A DNA stretch of 64,000 bases from Eledone cirrhosa (lineage: Eukaryota). Position 1 is the first letter of the stretch. Each line of letters starts with the position of its first letter. The notes beneath the pieces were generated by a model, which saw nothing but the letters and a program-made list of their open reading frames with translations, ran no database searches and had not been told where the DNA came from. The translations under genes were made by a program, and so were the position numbers. Shown in pieces: positions 31,026 to 44,505 of the stretch. The stretch is taken from contig OZ024740.1 in the NCBI GenBank assembly GCA_964016885.1, forward strand, positions 248,558,001-248,622,000, in the 5' to 3' direction.

Positions 31026-31363
31026 CCGAAAGAAGAAGAAGAAGAAGAAGAAGAAGAAGAAGAAGAAGAAGAAGAAGAAGAAGAAGAAGAAGAAGAAGAA
31101 GAAGAAGAAGAAGAAGAAGAAGAAGAAGAAGAAGAAGAAGAAGAAGAAGAATCTTCCACTTTGAGCTACAGATGTAATCGTTATCTTCAAATCGGTATTC
31201 CTGCCATCCCTTATCTAGGAAAATGACCGAAAGAAGAAGAAGAAGAAGAAGAAGAAGAAGAAGAAGAAGAAGAAGAAGAAGAAGAAGAAGAAGAAGAAGA
31301 AGAAGAAGAAGAAGAAGAAGAAGAAGAAGAAGAAGAATCTTCCACTTTGAGCTACAGATGTAA
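30977..31363 (+). repeat. Tandem duplication of an about 190-200-nt unit containing (GAA)n
   Basis: 30977-31177 is repeated at 31178-31363 with a different GAA copy number. Confidence 0.9.
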
Positions 31364-31364
31364 G

Positions 31365-33230
31365 AAAGTAGCAGATTTGTTTATTGATAATGACTTGAAA
31401 GATACAAAAGCCTTCATCTCTTTTGTAAAATAGGTTTTTGGCTCTAGATCATTATCTATAGCCCCAATGAGATCTGTTGCTGGTCAACAGTTTTTTCCCA
31501 ACCATAAAAAGCGATGTGTACAGGACTATTCTGATCTTCTCAATAGACAATCAAATGTAAATATGAGAATAATTGAGGAAATGGTTGACCTTCCTGTAGT
31601 CAAAGAAATATCTGTTGAGTTAACACCAGATGATATTGCAGCAGCTGTAAAAATGCTCAATAACAATAAAGCCCCGGGTATTGATGACATTGGTTCAGAA
31701 AAATTGGTGGAGAAATGATGACCAAAGTACTTCATTCCTTGTACACCATTGGAGAGGTACCTCAAGACTTGGTTGATACCCAGTCTTGAGGTACCTCTTT
31801 TTTTCTCCAATAGCATACAAGTAAAGAATAAAGTAATTTGGTCATTCTTCCCACTAGATTCAAATTTTTCTGAACTAATGCCATCAATATTTCCCTATAG
31901 AAATCTGATCCCAGGACTTATGTAGAAATTTTCGTGGAATATCTTTGTTGTCAGTTGTTGGAAAGGTGCTTTCTCGTGTCCTCTTAGAACGCCTTGATAA
32001 AATTTATTGTCCCGAGAGTTGTAATAAAGTCATAATGTGGCTCCCGCGCTTCCCGGAGGACGATACGATCTCCACTACTTCAAAGCTACAAGAGAAATGC
32101 TAGGAACAAAACATGGGCTTATATAATTAATTATTTTGTGGATCTTAGAAAAAGCAAGAATGCACTGTGACTAGTGCTGAAGAAATTTAGCTGTTCTGAA
32201 AAAATTGTGAATATAACCTGGGCTCTCCATAAGGATATGAGGGCCCTGATTAAATTTGGTGGAACCCCGTCGGAACCATTTCCGGTTGAATATGGAATTA
32301 AACATAGTGATCGCGAAGCTCTGACACACTTCATCGTATATTTTACGGATATACTATCAAATACATTTACAATTTCAATAGATGGCATCTATATACGATA
32401 CCGTTCTTCAGGTAACGTGCTTAATCTGACAAGAATGAACTTCAAATACAAAGTATTTACCTCTCTTGTACATTATCTTTATACGCGGATAACTGTGACC
32501 TTGTAAGTCACAATGAGCAAGGCTTACAGAACCTAATTATTGCGTTAGATTCCACATTTAACGTATTTGGTCCCACAATTAATTTGAAAAGAATAAAACC
32601 GTTGCAATGCATCAACCTGCCCCTGGAGAACAAATCAACATACCTCCGATTCTAGCTAAGGATGCAGTGCTTAAAGTTGTGACTTCTTTTGACTACCTGG
32701 GTAGCCTGGTACATGTTAATGGAAACTACAGTCTGGTCACAGCGCCATATCAAATCTACCACTAAGATCATGGTATATGTCTCAGTTGTTCTTTCTGCAG
32801 TTCTGCATTGTTCTGAAATATGGACGATATACACGCGTCATGTGAAAATGTTGGAAAGATTTCACCAGAAATCTCTTTGCCACATACTCATAATAAACTG
32901 GTTCTTACTCTTTCCTGACACTGTGGTTCTCGATAAAGATAGGATCACATCAATCCAAGCCATGTTTATTAGGAATCATGTACGATGGACAGGCCATCTC
33001 ATCCGTATGGATGATAAACATATTCCCAAGCAAATATTTTATGGTGAGCTTATGCTGGGAGAGAGAAAATAGTAAACCGTAGAAAAGATACAAAGACTCT
33101 TTAAAATCAAATTTGTCTTACATTATATTACAAAAGTCTTGAATCACTTGCAGCAGATAGGGAAGCATGGTGAGTTACAATTTGGAGTTAAATATGTTGA
33201 GATTGACAGAGTTAAGCATACTGAAACGAA
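31365..33230 (+). mobile_element. Degenerate RTE/BovB-like LINE (probable 5' part at about 28300-28560)
   Basis: NNKAPGIDDI, GIYIRYRSSG, LHCSEIWT, LERFHQKSL and RWTGHLIRMDDKHIPKQIFYGEL. 28320-28430 encodes an APE fragment, HLIDYVLVRKSD. Confidence 0.82.
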
Positions 33231-34021
33231 TAGAACATTTCGTAAAAATGAGATTAATAGCAATAGCGTTGGGATAAGATTCTCATTTTTTCTTTAAATG
33301 TTCCTTATGCACAAAAGTATGAATATCTCACGCTGGTCTAAGATCGCACCAGCGCACTCATACGAGTAAGACACATACATTTTTGGAATTTCATTCTGGA
33401 TGATCAGTTTCAATGACAAGTTTGTAAAATAAACCATGCAAGTCATGTAGAGGATTGAAGCGGCATTTGAAAATTCATAAAAAAACAAGCAAAAAATCGA
33501 GCCAAATAAGACATTGCTGCAGTATTTGCGGTCAGTTCTTCAAACGTCTTTTTAGGGCTCAAAAATCATTTAAGATCTTACGCTAGGAAAGAGAAATTAT
33601 AGGCACAATAAAAAGTTAAGTTCGGCAAGGAGCAAACAACCACATATGTATATGTATAGTATATGTGTATGTATATATATATATGTAAAATACAATATGT
33701 TGAAAAGGTAACACACTAGAGAGAGATAGTGCGCCATCAATAAAACAGGGAAAACCACCAGTGTATGGAATCTATAATCTATGGAAGGCAGGGTAGACAC
33801 AATAATTAAAAATATAAATTAAAATGTATATACGCACCTCTATCAAAGATATCTGTTTCGCCAGGAAGTTGCTGACTGAAATGGAATAGCCTATGGTTCA
33901 TCAGCGCATACAAGACTATACAATCCAGACGCCATGCTTATTAAGAATCATATACGATGGACTGGTTATCTCATCCGTATGGATGATGAGCGTATTCCCA
34001 AGCAAATATGCTGAGAAAGAG

Positions 34022-34993
<972 letters not shown>

Positions 34994-35007
34994 TATATAT
35001 ATATATA

Positions 35008-36402
35008 TAATTAAAGAAAGAAGAGTAACATGGTTGGCTGTACAATATTCACAGTGCTGACAATTGTTTCGTTGATCTGGTGGGTCTAGAGTTCGCTAAT
35101 CGCTAAGCGGTATGTCCCATTGCAGGCTCTGGAACTTGGAATTACTACATATCTTAAGGTACGATAAGATGCTGCTTAACAGCAAAATAGAAAGGTCCAT
35201 TTTCTGCAGACATAAGATTACTACTAGATTTACGAAATTTAAACTACCGTGATTCGAACCAGCATTCCCCAAATTAATAGAAAACCACTTAGACTTTGAA
35301 ATCCGCATTCTCACACAGCTACTTCAGAACCATAAACTTCTGTAAACATCTTCCAGCCTCCCTCCATCTATACCATCAAGATAGGGCAGCAATGTCTACT
35401 ACAAACATTTATCAATTATCTTGTCAGCCCATAAATTAATCTCGCTTTACTGTTGTTCATTCTTTCGGACCACACAATTATATCTACATATCCCATACTA
35501 GCACCCAGAAACTCTTACAGATGAACTTAATTCTAAGTACATTATCTTATTACTTTTACACTCCTTTGAAACTATTATTTTCTTCTTATTATGATCATTT
35601 CAATGTACCCTATCCTTGATTTTATTCGCCATGTTCTCTATCTATTTACCATGCATGTTTTATTATTGATGTTATTGTTTTAATTATACGCTATTTTGTT
35701 ATTGATGTTGCGAAAATTAAACCCCCATGATTCCAACTAGCAATCCCAAAATTTGGAATAAACCACCTAAACCTTAACATACTGAATCCACAATTTCACT
35801 TAATACCATAGAACCATAAATCTCTATACACCCCCTCCATCAATCTCACCAGGATAATACAACAGGAAAATATCTACTAGAAGCATTTATCTGTCAAACC
35901 ATAAATTAATCTCCGTTTTATCGTTGTTCATTTTTCAGACCCACAGTTCATTTGTATCTAAATCTCTCATAATTGCACTTAAAGTGGTGATCCTAAAATC
36001 TGACTCTTAGTACATTTTATTATTTATTCCTTTGTCTACTTTCCTTCATTCCCTTAGTACTATTATTACTTTTAATGTACCCTATGGTAGATTTCGCATG
36101 TCACTTCATACATCTGTACCATCTCTGTTTATTTTCCATGCGTGTTTTATTATTATGTTTTATTTTATTGGAGATCGATTGACGCAGCATCAAGCGATTA
36201 GCGAACTCTATACCCACCAGATCAACGAAACAATTGTCATCACTGTGAATAAAGCCCTTATTGTACAGCCAACCATGTTTCTCTTCTTTCTTTAATTATT
36301 ATTACTCCAAGTATAACCTGCATAGAAATTACCGCGAACTCGCTACATCACTACGGAAGCATCTTGTTGAGTCAAACTAAGCCACACGTTAAAACCATCC
36401 AC
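35008..36402 (+). mobile_element. 5'-truncated PLE with inverted pLTR
   Basis: Inverted arms at 35008-35104 and 36193-36298. 35115-35245 encodes CRLWNLELLHILRYDKMLLNSKIERSIFCRHK (PLE C-terminus, compare 56242-56568). GAAA-CAATTG-TC half-HHR at about 36226-36238. Confidence 0.78.
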
Positions 36403-36915
36403 AAAAGCATTTCGAAGAGCTCTGTCAGCGTTATCTCCCCTGTTTGCTGAAAATTTAAAGTAAGTGAGACTGTCACTACTCTAAAACAATAGCGTAAGGT
36501 CTTCGAAATGCTTTTAATTAAGCATACAGTGTATTGCAAAATACACTATATATACATTCATATATATATATCGCTATTTCAGAGCGCCAATTCTAATTTT
36601 CAATTTCTGCTTGACCGGCAACCGCTGTGTATAATCAGTTCCTGATTATTACTAGAATTCTATAAGAATCAAACATTCATGATTTTCAGCAAACAGGTGG
36701 AGTACTTGGCTTTGATAAGTACCAATCAGTACGAAACAGAGCTCTGTCAGCTTTATCTCCCCTGTTTGCTGAAAATTTAAAGTAAGTGAGACTGTCACTA
36801 CTCTAAAACAATAGCGTAAGGTCTTCGAAATGCTTTTAATTAAGCATATAGTGTATTGCAAAATACACTATATATACATTCATATATATATCGCTATTTC
36901 AGAGCACCAATTCTA

Positions 36916-36916
<1 letters not shown>
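36403..36916 (+). mobile_element. Small non-coding partial tandem (322-nt period) with HHR
   Basis: 36416-36596 matches 36738-36916. 36403-36418 is a short inverted copy of internal sequence. Confidence 0.8.
36709..36751 (+). ncRNA. Type I HHR, U3-A8 covariant core, 12-nt palindromic stem III
   Basis: GCT-TTGATAA-GTAC/CAATCA/GTAC-GAAA-CAGAGCTCTG-TC-AGC. Distal stem I TTTTCAGCAAACAGG (about 36683) pairs with CCTGTTTGCTGAAAA (about 36761). Confidence 0.85.
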
Positions 36917-36986
<70 letters not shown>

Positions 36987-36993
<7 letters not shown>

Positions 36994-37679
36994 GTGAGGT
37001 TTTTTTGACAAAATGAAAAATAACCGGTGTCCTACACGAGTGAAAGTATAAAGATAAAAAGATGAAATCGAAAATGCAACTGGAGTCTTATTTTCTTTTA
37101 AATATATATGTTTATTTGGTTCCTTTACCGGTTTCGCAGTGCTTCTGCTTTTCAAAAGTAGAGTTGAGATGGAGGGTCTGTGGTTTTTCACACATCTGGT
37201 TGGTCTTTGAATGTTACTTGTTTTATATGGAAAAAAGTGGCTCGAAACGCCAGGTTTTTAGAGAAGTAATTTGATTGGTTGGTCAATAATTATAATAAAT
37301 TTCGCGCCAGTTCGCGTTACAAAGTTCTTCAAACAGGGGGGGGGCTCAGGTTGTTTTTTCATATATGAGTGTTTGAATTTCTTTTTACTTAAAAAAAGGG
37401 GGCTCACAAAGGTTTTTTTTTAATAAACGTAATTTGATTGGTTATAAATAAAATTATGCCTGTCACGTGAACAAGTTTTCATTAAATTTCGCACCCGTAT
37501 TTGGAAATTTATTCTGTAACCTTTTTAGAGAATTTTATGCCAAGCAAAAGATAATGGTCAAGAGAAATGGGATGGGAGAATTGTTCTGGTTCAGTGAATA
37601 TGGTTAGTTCGCTGGGGTGTCAGAATTCAGATTTTCTATTGAATAAAGAAAGTAAAGATATGTATGTTTATTTGTGTGC

Positions 37680-37721
<42 letters not shown>

Positions 37722-38618
37722 TTGAATTTCTTTTTACTTAAAAAAGGGGGCTCACGAAGGCTTTTTTTAAATAAACGTAATTTGATTGGTTATAAATGAA
37801 ATTATGACTGTCACGTGAACAAGTTTTCATTAAATTTCGCACCCGTATTTGGAAATTTATTCTGTAGCCTTTTTAGAGAATTTTATGCCAAGCAAAAGAT
37901 AATGGTCAAGAAAAATGGGATGGGAGAATTGTTCTGGTTCAGTGAATATGGTTAGTTCGCTGGGGTGTCAGAATTCAGATTTTCTATTGAAATAAAGAAA
38001 GTAAAGATATGTATGTTTATTTGTGTGCTTGTGTGTGTGTGTGTGTGTATAGGAAGATGATTCTATTAGTAGAAATGGGGGAGGGAGTTGTGTGTGTGTG
38101 TGTATATATGGGTGTTATGTGTGTGTGTGTGTATAGATGGGTGTTATGTGTGTGTGTGTGTGAGAGTATGTTAAGATGGAGAGAATATATATATTTTGTG
38201 TGTGTGTAGATATGTGCGTAGGAAAGTGATTCTATTAGTAGAAATGGGGGAGGGAGTTGTGTATGTGTGTGTGGGGGGGGGGGTTATGTGTGCGTATGGG
38301 TGTTATGTGTGTGTGGGAGTATGGTTAGCATGTTAAGATGAAGAGAATATATATATTGTGTGTGTGTGTGTGTAGGAAAATGATTCCGTTAGTAGGAATA
38401 TTTTTGAATGAATATAAAAACCTGGCGTTTCGAGCCACTTTTTTCCATATAAAACAAGTAACATTCAGAGACCAGCCAGATGTGAGAAAAACCACAGACC
38501 CTCCATCTCAACTCTACTTTTGAAAAGCAGAAGAACTGCGAAACCGGTAAAGGAACCAAATAAATATATATATATATATTTTTAAATAAGACTCCAGTTG
38601 CATTTTCGATTTCATCTT
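36987..38618 (-). mobile_element. PLE family C 3' region with inverted pLTR and internal tandem duplications
   Basis: Inverted arms at about 37057-37260 and 38415-38618. U3-A8 HHRs at about 37123-37158 (-) and 38517-38552 (+). About 350-nt tandem duplication at 37370-38050. Confidence 0.85.
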
Positions 38619-38628
38619 TCTCTCTCTC

Positions 38629-38704
<76 letters not shown>

Positions 38705-38705
<1 letters not shown>

Positions 38706-41225
38706 GGCAGAAGAACTCATGAGAGTCAACAGCCTTCCAATACCCGAGGTATGTTGTTTATTGGGTTTGTGGCAATCTTCTGTACCAATCCTTTGCAATC
38801 AACATTTCCAAAAAGTGTGGCTGGCCTTACACAAGCCTCTACCACTGTAAACAATTATTTTGTGTGGGTAGTTCAACTGTTCTACCATTTTACTAACACA
38901 AAACCCAATGGTGAGAGAGCAAAGGTGACGGAGACAAGTAAAGGGTATTACTGGAAGTCCTTAGCTGGAGCTCTAAACTGTGGCGATCATCGGGTGATGG
39001 CCGTTAGTGCACAAAATATGAGTAACTTGAGCTGGTTTTGTCGTCTGATGATGACAAAGCAGGTCTTTTTAGACATAGCACTGCTTTCCCAATAAAAGGA
39101 GCTCAATGCTTTAACTTGGCAGTCAACCACAACTGTCTGGTTATTCAAACACGCGGTCAAAACAAAAGGAAAGGAAAATGTTTAACTTTTGATTCCTGGA
39201 ATGTTAGAAACATTGACTCCATCTTGGAACGAAGATCAGCCCTCAACAGATATGTGTGCAGTAAATGAGACCCGACTCCCTGGCATGTCCCAAATGGGAG
39301 AAATGGGAGAGGGCTTCTCAGTTTTCTGGTCTGGAAAGAGTGAAGAAGACAACCATCAATCGGGTGTTGGTGTTGTCATCAGATCTGACACTGCTAAATC
39401 CCTAACATCATTCCCCTAAGTTGTCAGTGATCGCATAATGACTCTGTCACTGGATTTAGCAAACAACACCTCTGTTACGCTAGTAAGGTGCTATACTCAC
39501 CTGATCAGATTGAAATATTCTACGATCAGCTTCACACAGTAGTCTCCTAAAAGATTTTAAAATCACTCGTTCTTTTCACTCTTCTTGTTATCTTTCAGAT
39601 CATGCACTGCTGCGCAGTAAGGTTTCGTTCAACCTTCCAAACGAAAGGCGTCTTCAGAGGCCAACTATCCCACCCAAAATTGATGGGAGGCTGAAACTAT
39701 CTTTCCGTCCAGATTTCCGATGACATTGAGGTTTCCTGGAAAGATGCCGCCTATGCAGCCTCTGTGGAGATCTTAGGATTTCCTATGAGAAAATATCAGG
39801 ACTGGTTTCATGAAGGCAACTCGGATGGCCAGAACCTTACCAACGGAGTGCATAACCTACACAGGATTTGAATTAGAGATAAAAATTTAGTAACAAAAAA
39901 TATAGCCTACAAAGATTGCAAGCAGCAGGTAGAGTGGATGTCTAAAGCAGCTGAACTACAAGAAGCTGCTGATAAAAATGACTCACGAGGCTTTTTAACG
40001 GTCTCAAGGTGGCATATGGTCAGAGGGAGGGCAGGTCAAATCCAGTCATTTCCTCTGATGGAACAACCCTATACAGGGAAAAGGCTCCGATTCTCACTCA
40101 CTGGAAGGAACACTTTGAGAAGATCCTTAATGCAGAATCAAAGGCCGATGAAGATGTAATTTCATCTATTCCACAAGGCCAAAGATTCCTGAATTAGCAT
40201 TAAACCCAAACTTGAATGAAATAAAAGCTGCTATCAGGCAGCTATCATCTAATAAGGCTCCTGGTAAAGATAGCATCCCACCTGAAATCTTGAAATATGG
40301 TGGTAAAAAACTGGTTCGTAGGCTTCTTCAGTTATTTCTAGAGATCTGAAGAGTTGGGATCTTCCCCCGGGACTTCAGAGATGCATCGATAATCCACTTG
40401 TTCAAAAACAAAGGTAAAAAATCTGTCTGCGACAACTATCGCGGCATCTCCCTTTGTATTGGTGGTAAGATGCTATCTCGTGTTATTCTCAACAGAATTA
40501 CATACAGACTTGTTGATGATATCTACCCTGAAAATCAATGTATTATTGACATGATTTTTTCTCTTCGCCATGTCAAAGAGGAGGTTCATGAAAGGAACTA
40601 AGAGCTGTTTATGGTGTTTGTTGACCTGACTAAGGCCTTTGACACTGTCAATCGCAAAGCTCTCTGGAAAATCACCAAAAAGTTTGGCATACTTGATAAT
40701 ATGCTAAATATTATCATATCCTGCCTTGAGGGCATTTGAGTTCCGTACATCGGGTGGACTATTCAACCATCAGCGATTTAAGGCTAAAATACTCACACGA
40801 ACAAGTATCATTCGCGATTTACTGTTTGCTGATGATGCTGCACTTGTTGCAACATCCCTCAAAGAGGCACAGGAATTGATGAACCACTTTTCACTTGCCT
40901 GTAAGACTTTTGGTCTAACAATCAACATCAAGAAGACTGAGGTGGTACATCAACCAAAGCCATCCCCCAGGCATGCAGGAGGCGTTAAACAGATGGGCTC
41001 AGATCAAAGGCATCCTCTTGCACCCATACTATTGATGGCAAGGATCTGAAGTATGTGAGCTCCATTACTTACCTTGGGAGCAAGGTGAACCACTGCATCG
41101 CTGGATGATGAGATTGTTAATAACATCTCCAAGGCAACTGATGCTTTTGGTAAATTACATCACCACCTATGGAGGGTCAGAGGTATGTCCCTGAGAACAA
41201 AAGTTGCAGTTTATCGTGCAGTGAA
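38705..41225 (+). mobile_element. Degenerate RTE/BovB-like LINE
   Basis: Motifs SWNVRN, VNETRL, SGVGVVIRS, DNYRGISL, VFVDLTKAFDTVNR and RDLLFADDAALVA, frameshifted. Confidence 0.88.
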
Positions 41226-42662
41226 CTATATGATAAGATGGATGTGTAACAGAAGTGTACGTGACCGACAAAGTGTAAATGTATTAAGGGCGAAATTGGG
41301 CATAAGATGGATCAAATGTTTGCAGGAGAGAAGACTGCAGTGGTATGGTCACATGAAGGATGACAGCTGCTTAAAGAGATGCAGGGCTTAAAAGTTGCAG
41401 GATGCACCAAGAGAGGAAGACCCGGGAAGACGTGGGAAGAAATATTAAGGGCGGACCTGACTCGACTAAATCTCACAATGGGGATGACACAGGATCGAGT
41501 CCTCTTGTGCTTCAACGCTCGACAAAAGACCTGTGCCGATAATTCAACGCCGGACTCGGCTCAAAACGGCACCATCCTGCTCCACACCGCAAACAAGGTC
41601 GATGGCAGTCCCACAAGGGATTTATCTCGGTCATCCAGTGGGGGGGGGGGGTCCAGAAGAAAAATGGTATTTTGTATTGATAAGGGTTTGTCGCATGGAG
41701 AGTGACCGGCTCTGAAACTGAGGTGCTGCAGTGAGACGTGGAGTCACACGGCATCCAACACCTGAACTGGGGGGGGGGGGAGGGTCACTGTGTGAAAGAT
41801 TCGGCACGGCCAACTAGCCTGTCCCTTCACATAGTAGTGCCATCCAGTTCCAGGCACCCAAAATGGGGTTCCCAGCATTCGTATTGAGAAGGGTTCGTTG
41901 CATGGAGAGTCCCCACCTCCGAAACTGTGACGCCAGCCTGTCCCTCTTTATAATGGAGTCACGCAGAATCCGATAACTGAACTGATGGTCGGATGTGTGA
42001 AGGGTTCGGTGCAGGCAACTGACCTATCCCCTCACATAGTGGTGCCATCCAGTCCTAGGCTACCAAAATATAGTTCCGTTTTGAGAAGGGTTCGTCACGT
42101 GGAGAGAGCCTGACTCCGAAATTGGGGTGCCTCTGTAAGAAGAGTTCGGCGCAGCCAAATGGCCTGTCCCTCCTCATAATGGTGTCATACAGTACCGGGC
42201 TCCGAAACTGTTGTTCCGCTGTGAGCCAGACTCCCAAACTATGGTTCCGCACCTGTCCTTCCTCGTAGTGGTGTCATCCAGTACCGGACCCCAAATATGT
42301 GGGTACCCTGTGAGATGAGTTAAGCTCTTCGTATCGGTGCCATCAAGTTCCGGGCTCCTAAACTATAGTTCCGCTGTGTGATGGGTCGCGCTCTAAAACT
42401 ATGGTTCCGTTATGAGACAGGTTCGGCGCGGCCAACTGGCATGTCCCTCCTCATAACGGAACCATCTATTTCCCCACTGTAAATGTGGTTGGTGTTAGGA
42501 GGGGCATCCAGCTGTAAAATACCCGGCCAAATTTACAGTCCTTGTCGGAGCAAGGTGCAACATGGCCAACTCTGTCCAGACTTGCCTCCCGGCATTGATG
42601 ACCCATCTAACTCATGCAAGCATAGAAACATGGACGCTAAATTGTGTTGATGATGATGATAA
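41225..42662 (+). mobile_element. 3' end of a second RTE-type LINE with GC-rich sub-repeated 3' region and (GAT)n tail
   Basis: MIRWMCN..ERRLQWYGHM..RGRPGKTW, degenerate repeats at 41660-42470, terminal ggtgttaggaggggcatccagctgtaaaa..gatgatgat. Confidence 0.72.
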
Positions 42663-42689
42663 GGAGGAGGAGGATATATATAAATATAC

Positions 42690-42758
<69 letters not shown>

Positions 42759-42786
42759 CCAAATTCAATAAACAGACCAGGATTTT

Positions 42787-42844
42787 TTCATTCTGAGGAT
42801 TGAAAGCAATTTTTTTTGCTTTTAAGAAACCACTGGTAAATGGA
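42787..42844 (+). ncRNA. Type I hammerhead ribozyme, canonical core (family D), in a short insert between (TA)n tracts
   Basis: TTCATT-CTGAGGA-TTGAAAGCAA/TTGCTTTAA-GAAA-CC-ACT-GG-TA-AATGGA. Confidence 0.82.
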
Positions 42845-42997
42845 ATAATTATCCTATGTTGTTTATTACATAACTATTAAGCTCTGTTACCTACATAGAG
42901 CACTCTTTTTTCCTGGACTTTTCCGAGGGAATTACTTCATTTATACAGCTCCAACCGGGATTGATTGAAGCATATTCTATATTACATATATGATTGG

Positions 42998-43030
<33 letters not shown>

Positions 43031-43035
<5 letters not shown>

Positions 43036-43762
43036 AATAGGATTTCGCTTCAAGCATAGCTTTATACAATATGTATAAATATTTCGTATCTCCAAGGAAA
43101 TACGGTTTTAGGAAGCCGTAGCTATGCAAACACCGGGGGGGGGGGGGCTAACGCCCTCTGGTGATGTCCAGCAGAAGCAAGGGGGACAACCGCCTATGCA
43201 TTTCAGGCTTAACTGGCCTTCGACAGGACGGTCCCTCCCACCGCTTGCGTCAGCTGGACTAGAAGACAGGCGAGAATATATACTTTTCTCGACTGTGTAA
43301 ATGAGGTGATTAATCTCATTTTCATATGAAGCTGCATAAGTTGGCTCAACTTATAATTAAAAAAAGAAATAGGATTTCGCTTCAAGCATAGCTTTATACA
43401 ATATATATTAGGTTTTAGGAGGCCGTAGCTATGCAAACACCGGGATAAAGCTATACTTGAAGCGAAATCCTATTTCTTTTTTTTATTATAAGTTGAGCCA
43501 GCTTCATATGAAAATGAGATTAATCACCTCATTTACACAGACGAAAAATGTATATATTCTCGCCTGTCTTCTAGTCCAGCAGTCGCAAGCGGTGGGAGGG
43601 ACCGTCCTGACGAAGGCCAGTTAAGCCTGAAATGCATAGACGGTTGTCCCCCTTGCTTCTGCTGGACATCACAAGAGGGCGTTAGCCCCCCCCCCGGTGT
43701 TTGCATAGCTACGACTTCCTAAAACCGTATTTCCTTGAAGATACGAAATATTTATACATATA
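43031..43762. mobile_element. Non-coding 332-nt HHR unit present as a partial tandem plus an inverted copy
   Basis: 43031-43135 recurs at 43363-43444, and 43446-43760 is the reverse complement of 43068-43396. Confidence 0.85.
43601..43644 (+). ncRNA. Minimal type I hammerhead ribozyme, canonical (minus copy 43189-43232 has CTGTCGA)
   Basis: ACCGTC-CTGACGA-AGGC/CAGTTAA/GCCT-GAAA-TGCA-TA-GACGGT. Confidence 0.9.
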
Positions 43763-43799
43763 TATATATATATATATATATGTACGTATTGTATATTTA

Positions 43800-43990
43800 A
43801 TAATTGTTTCTACTTTAGGCACAAGGCCAGCAATTACCCAGTGCATTACTGGTACTTTTATTTTATCAACCCTGTAAGGATGAAAGGCAAAGTCAACCTC
43901 GGCGGGATTTGAACTCAGATCGTAAAGAGACGTAACTATGCTGGAAAGCATGGCGTCCGACCCTCCACCGATACTGCCAATCCACCGCCC
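43800..43990 (-). mobile_element. tRNA-derived SINE
   Basis: Reverse complement of the 20275-20463 family. Confidence 0.82.
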
Positions 43991-44052
43991 TTATTGTATA
44001 TTTAATAATATGCTGTATGTTTATTTCAAAACATTTTGAAGGGTTTTCGCTC

Positions 44053-44330
44053 TGAATTTAAGGTAGTGACTATAATCACATACCTAGCTTCAACAAAAAC
44101 AAAGAGAAATAACCGACGATCGTTTCTTAGTCTTTAGTAGTTATCAAAGCTATATATCCCTTTGTTTTTGCTGCGAAACTGGATTCTTATAGGATACCAA
44201 TTATGTTTATGAGCAAAACAAAGGGATATATAGCCTTGATAGCCACTAAACAGTGAGAAACGATCGTCGGTTATTTCCCTTTGATTTTGCTGAAGCTAGG
44301 TATGTAACTATAGTCACTACCTTAAATTCA
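44053..44330. mobile_element. Fold-back element with back-to-back U3-A8-type HHRs
   Basis: Arms at 44053-44172 and 44212-44330. Plus copy ATAGCC-TTGATAG-CCACT/AGTGA-GAAA-CGATCG-TC-GGTTAT (44230-44274). The minus copy core is TTGATAA. Confidence 0.75.
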
Positions 44331-44339
44331 TGTGTGTGT

Positions 44340-44505
44340 AGTATTTCCGTAGAAAGGGTAAAGGAAAGAACAGTGTTCTATGTATAGTACATAGAACACT
44401 GTTTACATAATAAACAACACAATATAATTATTCCATTACCAAAGGTTTCAGGAAACTAGACATCCTTACAGAAACACCTGGGTCGTTTATCAGATGAAAT
44501 AGTTT
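44340..44505 (-). ncRNA. Degenerate family D HHR plus 3' hairpin
   Basis: Minus strand reads TATTTCAT-CTGATAA..GAAA-CC-TTT-GG-TA-ATGGAATA. Perfect hairpin ACAGTGTTCTATGTA/TACATAGAACACTGT at about 44370-44402. Confidence 0.6.

Noticed and set aside
33835-33875. Minus-strand GAAA-CAGATATCT half-hammerhead
   Set aside because: Stem III is imperfect and there is no upstream core, so it cannot be supported.
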